NCBI GenBank assembly: GCA_013239625.1
Contig: MU053995.1
Coordinates: forward strand, 248,001-312,000
Source of the DNA: Lama guanicoe
Taxonomy: Eukaryota
DNA length: 64,000 bases
Direction: 5' to 3'
Both the position numbers and the translations under genes were made by a program. Shown in pieces: positions 1 to 11,279 of the stretch (position 1 is the stretch's first letter; each line of letters opens with the position of its first letter). The notes beneath the pieces are model-generated. The model did no database searches. It saw only the letters and a list, made by a program, of their open reading frames with translations, and had not been told where the DNA came from.

Positions 1-134
1 CTAGGTTATCCATTTCGGTTCCATATAGTTTTTCATAATATTCTTATATGATATTCTGTATTTCTATGTTATTTGTTGAAATTTCTCTATTTTCCTTTTT
101 TATTTTGCTTATTTGTGCTCTCTTTCTTCTATGT
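1..134 (-). mobile_element. LINE-1 ORF2 fragment (continues off the window)
   Basis: Reverse complement reads acatagaagaaagagagcacaaataagcaaaata...atggataacctag, typical L1 ORF2 just after the endonuclease domain. Confidence 0.8.
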
Positions 135-259
135 ACTTCATTCCTTTCTATGGCTAAATAATATTCCACTATATGTATAAATAGAATTTAAATCATGTAT
201 CAGTTGGAAGGTACAAGCTGTTTCTAACTTTTTTGTATTGAAAACAATGCTGCAATGGG

Positions 260-1517
260 TAACTACAAGCCAAAAACTTACAAGTGAGTCACAAAAATTA
301 AATAAAATCCATGATAATACAAAGGAAAATTACCAAACCACAAAAGGAAGAAGAAAGGAACTAAGAGGAAATACCAAATCAACTGCACAGAGAAGTTCAA
401 AATAGCAATAAACACACATCTATCATAAATTACTGAAAATGTTAATGGACTAAATGCTCCAGTCTAAAGACATAGAGTGGCAGACTGGATAATAAAGCAA
501 GAACCTTCAATATGCTGCATACAAGAGACCCACTTTAGGGAGAAGGAAACATAGATTGAGAGTGAAAGGATGAAAAAGGATATTCCAACCATGCAAGTGG
601 AAAAGCCAAAAAAGCAGTACTGATTTCAGACAAAATAGACTTTAAAACAAAGGCCATAAAGAAGGACATTTTCTAATGATTAAAGGAGTGATACAAGATA
701 AGGCTATTACGCTCGTTAATATATATGCACCCAATACAGGAGCACCTAAGTACATAAAACAGAGTAAAGGGGGATATTGATGGGAATACTATCATAGTTG
801 GAGATTTTAACACTGCATAAACATCATTAGATAGATCTTCCAGTCAGAAAATAAATAAGGCAATAGAGAAATTAAATACTACAATAGAAAAACTAGATTT
901 GATGGATATTTTCAGAGCATTACACCCCCCAAAAATAGGCTATACATTCTCCTCAAGTGCACATGGAACATTTTGTAGGATTGGTCATGTACTTGGGGAC
1001 AAAAGAAGCCTCAACAATTTTAAGAAGATAGAAATTATCTCAAGCATCTTTACTGACCACAATGCCATGAAACTAGAAATCAACTACAGAAAAACAAAGG
1101 AGAAAAAAAGGAATGCACGGAGATTAAACAACATGCTATGAAAAAACAAATGAATCAATGATGAAATCAAACTCGGTATTAAAAAATACCTTGAGACAAA
1201 TGTAAATGAAAACACAGCTACACAAAGCTTATGGGACACAGCAAAGGCAGTGCTAAGAGCGAAGTTTACAGTGATTCAGGGCTTTCTCAAAAAAGAAGCA
1301 CAATCTCAAATAAACGATCTAACCAACCAGAAAAAAGAATTAGAAAAAGAAGAGCAAAAAACCCAAAAGGCAGTGTAAGTTAGGAGATAATAAAGATCAG
1401 GAGGAAATAAATAAAATAGAGATTTAAAAAACCACAGGGAAAAACCAGTTAAACCAAAAGTTGGTTTTTTGAAAAAGTAAATAAAATCAACAAACCTCTG
1501 GCCAAATTCACATAGAA
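260..1517 (+). mobile_element. LINE-1 inter-ORF region and ORF2 endonuclease fragment, degenerate
   Basis: aatgttaatggactaaatgctcca (NVNGLNAP) motif; ORF 899-1141 translates YTFSSSAHGTFCRIGHVLG...FTDHNAMKLEIN; stops and frameshifts present. Confidence 0.92.
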
Positions 1518-1735
1518 TTTGTTGTGTCAAATTCCAGTGTTCAGCACAATTTTTTAGTCATTCATGGACATATACACCCTCATTGTCACATTTTTTTCTC
1601 TGTGAGTTAACATAACATCATATCATAACAATTGTGTATATTTCCCTGTGCTAAACAGTGTAATCTTGTTTATCTATTGTACAATTTTGAAATCCCAGTC
1701 TATCCCTTCCCATCCTCCACCCCCCTGGCAACCTC
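1518..1735 (-). mobile_element. 3' end of a young L1 family (same family as 5195-5310, 42930-47515, 49907-50535)
   Basis: ttgtgtcaaattccagtgttcagcacaattt...ggacatatacaccctcattgtcacattttt matches the other copies in this window. Confidence 0.8.
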
Positions 1736-2719
1736 CATGATGATAGATTTTTCTTGGTTATACGTTTGCTTGGTTCCTGTAAACCTGTTTTTCAGAATGC
1801 CTACAAAGTTGAATCAGTCATCTTTTCTTTTTTTTTATACTTATTATAGAATATTTTGGGCTTGTGTATGTATATATTTATTGAAATATTGTCAGTTTAC
1901 ACTGTTGCTTCAATTCTCTCATTGTTTTTTGTTTCTTTACAGTAACAAGTGCTTGGCGCTTCTGAGTCTGTCAATTTGTTGATGTCACTCCTCTTAGGTG
2001 TTTCTATAACCTGATATTTTCTATCGTAATTGTATGCGGTCAAAATATATTAATTTTATATTAAAATGCAGGTTTGCCAAAACCTAGAGAAAGTTTGGCA
2101 AATGAAACCTCTTAGTGTGAAAATTAAACAGATACCAGCTTTTCTACAACTAATTTTATAGTTTCACAATATATTCCTCTTCAACAGTTCTTAGCATAAA
2201 ACTCACTAAATTATATTGCTTATGTAACTTATATACCTGGTTATACACAAAAGTTTCCTAGAGGGGTTTTGTTAAGTTAGTATAAGAAATATAAAATTAC
2301 TTATTTGATTTTAGTGGAAGAGGATGTTTTTTCTTCTTTCCCTCGAGCTTCCCACAGGCTGTGAGGCAGTGGAAACCTCACAGAAAATGCTGAGGCCTGA
2401 AATTTCTTCCAAGAATTCTATATCCTTTATTGAGCAAGGCAACTTAATAATTTACCCAGTGCTATATACACTGTAGTTTCAGAGAGGCCAGGACACAGAA
2501 CCCAGCGCTGACCTAGGCCAAAGCATCCATGTATTTGCCATGAAAAAAAACACTTTGTTCACCCTGAGGTTTTGGCTACAGTTAGATGGGTAATAGATGC
2601 AGAACATCTTACCCAACCATGCATATAAAGAATTCTGCACATGACGCTTCTGTAGCGATAGCCAATCTTCTTACCGCTGTTCAGAAAACAACTAAAAATA
2701 CATTATTCACCTATCATTA

Positions 2720-2870
2720 CATAGAGGTCATTTATAAAACTAGATTTCTGGTTCCACCTCCAGAGATTCTAATTCACTAGATCTAGGGTGGGTTCCATTA
2801 TCTGCATTTTAACAATCATCTAGGAAACTCTACCCAATTCACTATAGCCTTATCATTAGAAAGCACTGCT
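2720..2870. mobile_element. MER5-like hAT DNA transposon relic
   Basis: cagagattctaattcactagatctagggtggg...tctgcattttaacaa core motif. Confidence 0.55.
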
Positions 2871-3732
2871 ATATGGTACCATTATATGTGTCTTACTTTG
2901 CCTGTGAATGTGATCTTTAATCTACATGTCATTGTATGTCTTACAGTATGCAGAGTCTACATAAATGCCTATAAGGTAGTACACACCAACTCAATGGACT
3001 GAGTAAGTGAAAACTGAAAAGAAACTAAAAACTGTAACTGAAAACAAACCATAAAAGGAACAATGAATGCATTCCAAAAAGAGACTGTCATGTATCCATT
3101 TGCAAAAGCTCATCTTTTTTCTAAAAGTAACAGAAGCTACAAGAGTTAAGAGGCTAAAAATTAAAAATAGTAACAATAAAGTAAAATAAACCTCCAACAG
3201 ATAATTTTAAAACATTCACATTATGAAATACAGTGCAGCTATAATAAAAGAATGAAGAACCTCTTTGTGCATACATACACAAAATTATGGGATATTATTA
3301 TTATGGGTAAGACAGCACAGAATAAGCTATACATAAGAAACCAGCTTTTGTGTGAAGCCTATTCTTGTGTCTTTATAAACACTAGAAGAAACCAATAAAA
3401 GTAGTTACAGGATAGGAGAAAACAGAGTAATTGTAAGATTTCTTATATTGTATCCTTTTAATTACTTTTATTATTAAACATGAATGTGTTCTCTATTTTT
3501 TAATTAAATATAAACAAATTGTATAGGTTCAACATATAACAAAATTATTAAAATCTAAATATAAAATATATTTGTGTATAGATATATAGAGATGAGAAAA
3601 AGATATACTAATGTAAATGTATACATAAATATATTTTCTAAAGGAAAGAAAGATAGACTAATAAGCAGGGAAATAGCTTGAGAATGAGAAATCAAACAGC
3701 TGAAAAAGGGTGAAAGCATCCAGGCCTCCTAC

Positions 3733-3862
3733 TTGCATCAGGTCCCGTCTCTCCTTCTCACCTGTACAAATGGCCTTCTTTATGGTCCTGAGCTCGCTCA
3801 TTAAAGCCTGTACCTCATCCAGTTTGTAGTCGGTATGAGCACTTAACATCTTACGATCAATC
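3733..3862 (-). CDS. WWC3: WWC3(Y) exon 6 (130 bp): IDRKMLSAHTDYKLDEVQALMSELRTIKKAICTGEKERRDLMQ
   Basis: Translation matches the WWC3 coiled-coil region; acceptor tttttcaaccag|g and donor caa|gtagga; begins in phase 2. Confidence 0.93.
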
Positions 3863-4734
3863 CTGGTTGAAAAAAGAAATATAAGTCATTCTGTGCAAGA
3901 TTCCACTAAACAAACAAACAAACAAAAACCCCAGAAGTTCCACAGAAAAATGAGGCAATAAGAAAAAAAGAAAAGAAAAGAAAATTTTTCTTTCCCTGTG
4001 GCATATAAAAAATAAAATTGAGACTTGGGTGAGTTGGAGTCCTTTGCTCTGTGAACACTTTTACAAGTCAGAATATCCAAGTGGCAATTTTCGTGTCCCC
4101 TATTGATTTGTAATGAGGTAACTGGTCTGAATAATCTCCGAAGACTATAGACTCCCTGCAGAGAGAAGCACGTACTCTTTGTTTATGCTGAGTATCTAGG
4201 TCAGTGGTCAAAAATGGTTATCAACTAAACAATAAGTGAGATCCATGTGCAGGGAGAAAATATGAAAAACAGCTAAAAGTAGTAAATTTTCAGTATTAGT
4301 GCATAGCACAAAGTTAGAAAATTCTACTTTTTCTCTATACATCTCCTTTACTCCATTTGGATTCCAATTTATCACCCTCTCCTAGTATTCTCCTCAGTTC
4401 TTTCCTTCAATCCAAATACATAAAGTAATCTTTTTCCCTTTCCTCCATCCTTCATTCTTCATCCAACCATCCTTCCTTTCTCTTCTTCCTTCCTTCCCTC
4501 CTTGTGTCTATCCATCTACCCATACACAAATGCATTCACAAGTTAATTTACTTCCTTCCTTTTGTCCTTTCATTTATCCTTCCTTCCTCCTTCTCTCTTA
4601 CCCACCCATCTATCTATTCATTCATCCTTCCAGCTAATCCCTGTGTACAGCAAGCATGTCTGCTTCTGGGTGGCAGAAGCAGAGCACTGAACAGGACAAG
4701 GCTTAATTCCAGCCTTTAAAGAGGAAACAGTCCT

Positions 4735-7700
4735 TCTCAAGAGCACATGGATCATTATCCAGGACGGATCCTGTGTTAGGTCATAAAGCTATCCTTACAA
4801 ATTTTAAAAGACTGAAATTACACCAAGTATCTTTTCCAATCACAAATATGAAACTAGAAATTAATCCCAGGAAGAAAACTGGAAAGTTCACAAATGCATG
4901 GAAATTAAAACAACACACACGAGAAAAAAAATGAATCAAATATGAAATCAAAAAGGTAATTTAAAAATACCTTGAAACAAATGAAGATGTAAACAACAGA
5001 ATAAAACCTATGTAAAAATTAATTAATTTTAAAAAACCTACACAATATAACAATAGCACTTATAAGAGAGAAGTTTACAGCAATTAACAGCAAATATTTC
5101 AAGGAAAAATAAGATCTCAAAAAACAACCTCCTTTTACATGTCAACAAAATAGAAGAACAAACTAAACCCAAATTTAGAAAGAAGGAAGTAACATGTGAC
5201 AATGAGTGTGTATATGTCCATGTATGACTGAAAAATTGTGCTGAGCACTGGAATTTGACACAACACTGTAAAATGATTATGAATCAATAAAAATGTAAAA
5301 AAAAAAAAAAGGCTCCTGGAGTGGGAGAAGGTTGAGAAAGAAGGAAGTAACAAAGATGAGAGAAGAAATGAAAGAAACATAAATTGAAAAAATGAAACCA
5401 AGAGTTGGTTTCTGAAAAGATAAACAAAATTGACAAATCAATAGCTAGACTTATGGAAAAAAAGGGAGATGACACAAATAACTAAGATTATAATGAAAAG
5501 GAAGAAAGTAGAAGTGATGCCTGATAGAAGGGATCATAAAAGGCTACCAACAATTAAATGCCAACAACTGGACAACTTACAATAAATGGATAAATTCCTA
5601 GAAATATACAACCTACCAAGACTGAATCATAAAGAAACAGAAAATGTAAACCAACCAATAACAATAACATGATTTAATCAAACTCTCCCAACAAAGAAAC
5701 ATCCAGGTCGAGATGGCTTCACAGGTGAATTCCAGCAACATTTAAATATATTTACCCTTCACAAACTCTTCCCAAAAATTAAAGAGGTGGGAACACTCCC
5801 AAACTCATTTTACAAAGTCAGCATTACCCCAGCATGACCAAGGCAAGATAGCGTTACCACAAGAAAAGAAAACAGCTGACCAATATTCCTCATGAAAACA
5901 GACACAAAAATTCTCAACAAAATACAAGCAAACAGAATTCAATAGCACTTTAAAAGACCATACATCTTAATCAAGTAGGATTAGTCCCTAGGATACAAGC
6001 CTGTTTTAACATACATAAATCAATCCATGGATTAGACCACATTAACTGGATGAGGAATAAAAATCACATGATTATGTTAATAGATGCAGAAAAAGCATCT
6101 TATAAAATTCAACATCCTTCATGATAAACATTCTCAAAAAACTGGTTACAGAAAGAACACACTTCAACATAATCGTAAGGCCATATAAGACAAATCCACA
6201 GCCAACATACTCACTTGAAAGGTTAAAAGCTTTCCTCTAAAATCAGGAATAAGAAAAGAGTGCTCACTCCTGCCACTTTTATTCAACTTGAAGTCTCAGC
6301 CAGGGCAATTAGTCAAGAAAAGAAAATCCAAACTGAAAAGTAATACGTAAAATTGTCTCTGCTTGCAAATCACATAATCCTGCATATAGATATCCTAAAG
6401 ATTCCAGTAAAAATAAGGTTAGCCCTAATAAACAAATTCAGCAAAGTTGCAGGATTCAGTATCAACTGGTATTGGTTGTGTTTCTATACACTATGATGAG
6501 ATATTTGAAACAGCAATAAAGAAAACAATCCATTTACAATATCACCATAATAAATAAAATACTAGAAATAAATTCAACAAAAAAAATGCAAGATCTATAC
6601 ACTGAAACCTATGAGACAGTAACAAAAGAAATTAAAGAAATAAATGAAAGATAACTTGCATCATTGACTGGAGGAGATAATACTGTTAAAATGCCTGTGC
6701 CACTCAAAGCCATCAATACAGTCAATGCAATCCCTAATCAAATACAATGGCATTTTTCACAGACTTAGTAGAAAACAATATTAAAACTGTAAAAGATTTC
6801 TTATAGCAAAGCAATAATGAGAAAGAAAAAAAGTGGAAGCACAACACTTTTTAATTTTAAACTATAATACAAAACTATAGGTATCAAAACAGTATGGTCC
6901 TGACAAAAGAGACACAAAGCCCAGTGGAGCAGAACTGAGGGCCTATACATATGTTCAACTAATATTTGACAGGTAAGCCAAGAATACTAAAGGGTAAATA
7001 AAAGTTTCTTCAATAAATGGTGTCGGTAGAACAATGAAACTGGATCCCTATCTTACACCACTCAGAAAAATTGACTTGAAATAGATTAAGGACATAACAG
7101 TAACACCTAAGAATCTAAAATTTCTATAAGAAAAGATAGAGGAAAGTTCCTTGACATTGGAATCAGCACACATTTTCATATGGCAGCAAAAGGACAGGAA
7201 CAAAAGTAAAAATCAAAAAGTAGGACAACATCAAAATAAAATGCTTCTGCACAGAAAAAAATCAAAAAAATGTGAAAAGGCCACCTGCAATATGGCAGAA
7301 AATATTTGTAAACCATCTGTTAAAGGGTTACTATCCAAAATATATAAAGAACTCATATAATTCAATTGTAAAATAACAAACAGTCCAATTAAAAAATAAG
7401 CAGAGGAGCTAACAGACATCGTCTTAAGAAGACAGGCAGATGGCCAACAGACACAAAAAAAGATGATCAATATCTCTAATATTTAGGGAAATGCAAATCA
7501 AAACCCCAAGGAGATATCACCTCACTCCGGTGACACTGGTTATTATCAAAATGACAAGAAATAGCAAGTGTTGGTGATTATATAAAAAAAAAAAGAATTC
7601 TTGTGCATTGTTGGCAGAAATGTAATACTACCAGTTTGAAAAAGAGAATGGAGGGCCTTCAAAAACGTAAAACTATAACTACCATGTAATCCAGCAATTC

Positions 7701-7975
7701 CACTTCTAGATATATATTACAAGATGAAACCACTATCAAACAATACGCACACTCATATCCATCACAACATTATTCACAATAACCAAGTTATGGAAAGAAC
7801 CTAAGCATCTGCTGACTGGTGAATGAACAAAAGAAATATGATATACACACAGTGAATTATTATTCAGTTATGAAAAATAATAAAATCTTTCTATCTGTAA
7901 CAACATTGACAAACCTAGATTTAAATAAGTGAGACAAAGAAGACACATACTATATTACATCACTTCTATGTAAGT
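4735..7975 (+). mobile_element. Old LINE-1 ORF2/3' portion, ending abruptly without poly(A)
   Basis: gatggcttcacaggtgaattc, aatagatgcagaaaaagcat, ggaaatgcaaatcaaaacc and atccagcaattccacttct motifs; stops at tcacttctatgt. Confidence 0.9.
5195..5334 (+). mobile_element. Short 5'-truncated young L1 nested in the older L1, with 18-bp TSD
   Basis: TSD agaaagaaggaagtaaca at 5177-5194 and 5335-5352; aataaa and A-tail at about 5286-5310. Confidence 0.88.
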
Positions 7976-8572
7976 GGAGAACGTCAGTGTGCGTCCATCT
8001 TACTTGAGGGGCAGAGAGTTCTCCAATTCTCTGCGCTATACTGAGTCTCTCCACCTTCAGTGTGTTGCCCAAGAAAGGACTCTACAAAGAGACAGGTGCC
8101 TGACATGCGGAGGCTCCTGGATCTGTGCATCCACGATCAACAGAAGTGTGGTATGGCTTTCCCAAGGATCAGCCCAGACAAGCAGGATTAACTGCAGGGG
8201 CCTCCAGGTGAAGCCCTTTCCCACACAGACAAATATGAGGCATGAGATGGCTTTGTGTCACGACCTGAAATGTACTTGTTTATGTCCTCCCTTCCCCAGC
8301 TGCTCGGACGCTCCCTGAGGGCAGGGACCTCTCCTCTGTTAGGCTCTACCGTATCACTGTGACTGGGCACAAGGTGGGCACCTGATAAATATTTGCTAAA
8401 GGATGGTAGTGAATGACCATCAATTCCCGTGTGGAAGGCTGATCCCCTGTCTGTGTGCGATTAGAAACTTTATGAAGCTGCCTTGCCCGAGTGAAGTTCG
8501 GGCTTTGCAGATAACCTAGCAGAGATGGCTCTTAAAGTCGCGCGTGTTCACTGGAGGAGCCGGGCAACTCAC

Positions 8573-8776
8573 AGCTGGCGTATGAGCGGCTGTCGTCCTC
8601 ACACATTTTGTGCAGCTGCTGATATTCCTCCTGAGCCAGCTCGAACCGCTGCTGCTTAATCTGGTAGATTTCTTTCTTGGCATTGAGAGCCTCCTGGGCT
8701 ACAATTAAGTACTCCTTCAGCATCCGTTCCTGCTCTCGTCTCCATTGTTCTCTGGGGTCCTCAATCTGGGTAAGCT
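8573..8776 (-). CDS. WWC3: WWC3(Y) exon 3 (204 bp): [67 protein letters not shown]
   Basis: End of WW2 plus coiled coil; acceptor cttttcatttcag|ag and donor agct|gtgagt; phase 1 at both ends. Confidence 0.96.
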
Positions 8777-10115
8777 CTGAAATGAAAAGGGTAAGGACAT
8801 AAGTGACTTCAAGTAAAATCTTTAGGTTGACCAATAATTGTGCAGTTATGTGACTGGTCGATATGAAAATTAATTAACTACCAGGATGTTCATTATGGAA
8901 GCGTCTGCATAAGGAACCTTCCCAAAGTGTGGATCATCTTCTATTTACATACCTGCCGCTGAGAGGAGACCAAGGCTCTGTAGATATGCAACAGTTCCTT
9001 GAAGGGGAAGACAACATCAGACAGTTGTTCACACAGTCAGTAAACGTGGGTGGACACGAACCCAAAGGAACTCGTCACTGTCAAACTAAGAGATGCATCC
9101 AACCTTCTTCTCCCTGACTTGTCCAACCTGGATACTGTCAGCTCTGCTGTCCCTGTAACTGGCTTGCTCCCTCCCCTTCCTCCACCCTATGCCAGACCAC
9201 ATCCTTCTGCCTTCTTCATGTACTTCCTCGTCTCCTCCTGCCATAAATCCCCTCATTTTCCCCTGGCTTTGTCATTCAACCAGCTCCTGGCAGGACTCAT
9301 GCCTACCTCTGGCTCCAACCTGTCTTAAGCCCCATCTTTTCCTTCCAACTTGCTTCCAGCTACATCTCACCTGAACGGACCTTAAGTAATTCAGAGTCAA
9401 TTGTCCAAAACATGAGCAAGCAGGGTTTACAACAGATGTGCCACAATGGGTCCCAGGCCTCAGTGGCAAGCAGGCAGGCTTTACAAAAAGGTCGTGCAAG
9501 ATAAATGCCTGTGCGATGCCATCACACCATCTGGGCCCAGAGAAGTAAACCCTGATGAGGAGACCCTGGTGCCCCTGAGCCCAGCAGCCCTCACCTGCCG
9601 GAGTGACCACCCTGCAGCTGGGAAGGTGGCCCAGATGGCCCAGACACCTGGACACACGCAAACAAGGGCACCAGCTCAGCCAGGCCGGGGGGAGGGCTGC
9701 CCCAGATGGAGCCTCATGGAGCACTGCACCCTGTCCACTGCGCAGTGGGTCTGCCTAGAAGCCCTTGTGCCACGTGGATAACCGCCTGGGAGGGCGGCAG
9801 GACCTAGGCAGTACTCACCCTGCTGCCCAGTCTGTGGGTAGGAGCTGCAATCAAGAGGAAGCCGAGCGTATGGATCGGAAACCCCACAGGCCTGGACAGA
9901 GACAGGAAGGCTCGTCATGTAGGTTCCTTAATGCTGAACTGAGGAGCCGGCCGGCCAGTGACAATGTGGGAGTCAGTCCTAAAAGCACCAGCCCAGCCCG
10001 ATCACACTATGGGGACACGAGGAGCCATGAGACCGAGTGAGGGAGGAGCTTCACACTCACACGGCGTACACTGTGCATCCTCCCAGCCTCTCCCACACTT
10101 AATAACTCCAAGGAC

Positions 10116-10390
10116 AGAAAGCACACTAAGGGAAACTTCATGTCCCCACTAGTAATGACAATGGCAGGAACACTGAGGGCAGCCAGAACAAAAATGGGAG
10201 AGAGAGAAAATGTGGATCTGAGAGAGGAATGGGTCCCCAGCTGGCACTCCGTGAGAAAGCACACAGGGAAACTTCATGTCCCCACTAGTAATGACAATGG
10301 CAGGAACACTGAGGGCAGCCAGAACAAAAATGGGAGAGAGAGAAAATGTGGATCTGAGAGAGGAATGGGTCCCCAGCTGGCACTCCGTGA
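10116..10390. repeat. Tandem direct duplication, about 136-bp unit x2
   Basis: agggaaacttcatgtcccc...ggcactccgtga is identical at 10129-10254 and 10265-10390; ORFs at 10140 and 10276 begin identically. Confidence 0.95.
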
Positions 10391-10424
10391 AGGACATAAA
10401 AATTAATTGTGGCACTTCACTTAC

Positions 10425-10534
10425 TTTTTATGTGGTCCATGTAATAAATTCCAACTTGTTTATCATATACAGATTCCCATTCTAAAGGAAGTTCATCTCC
10501 AACACAATCAGCAAAGGTCAATGGCTTTGTTAAC
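10425..10534 (-). CDS. WWC3: WWC3(Y) exon 2 (110 bp), second WW domain: [36 protein letters not shown]
   Basis: Translated by hand (absent from the ORF track); acceptor actgtttag|g and donor aaaa|gtaagt; phases fit exons 1 and 3. Confidence 0.95.
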
Positions 10535-11279
10535 CTAAACAGTAAAGTAATGAAGATAAATTTGAAATTCAAGAAAATTTGCATATGAACAATCAACTGT
10601 ATAATTAACTTTCAATATAAAATTATATTACTAGTGTAATTCATTGCCTGCTTGAATATTTTATTAAAAATATAGTTCACAAGCTTTCTAGAGGAAAAAA
10701 GAACTACATTAGTGCACTCACAAATAAAAGAATTAAAATCTCAAAACCAATTTTTAAGTAGAGTGAAATATATACTGACAGTTGCAATAAAACTGTTAAA
10801 CCACCATTTTTTTTCAAAGAACCATATTTAATAATATGAAAAAGAAATGGTGCTATCTAAAACAGTAGAATACTTTTCTTCTCATTCCCTGTGATATTTT
10901 TATCCACTGGAAACTTTGAATATTTATACTTTAAACATGAATACTGGCTTAAAGCTACATAAATTTCTATACAACATTTTAAATAATGGCTATTAAATAT
11001 CTAATAAATTCAATCTTAACCATGAATAAATTACAAAAGCACAAAATATTAGCAAACTTTATACAGTAACATAATCAAAACAGAAAAAGATAGAGCCAAT
11101 AAACAACTTTCGTGAGGCTCCAGAATGTAAGATAAACATATGAAATACAGCCAAAATTTGTTTAATAAGTTTAAAAGAGTATCATCTAAAATTTTTTGAA
11201 TTACTATGTTATATACCTGAAATGTAAAACTGTAAATCAACTCTATTTCACTATTAAAACAAAAAAAGAAAAAGAAAAA

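Noticed and set aside
8004..8081. Cryptic minus-strand exon (ctctttgtag| ... caa|gtaaga) as a replacement for the lost exons 4-5
   Set aside because: The 78-bp form gives T|AG stop at once, and the 76-bp form reaches TGA within eight codons; neither rescues the frame.
9272..10040. Cluster of 80-150-aa ORFs
   Set aside because: GC-rich intron sequence with overlapping ORFs on both strands and no recognisable domain.
10116..10390. CRISPR-like array
   Set aside because: Two long units with no spacers in eukaryotic DNA; a simple duplication.
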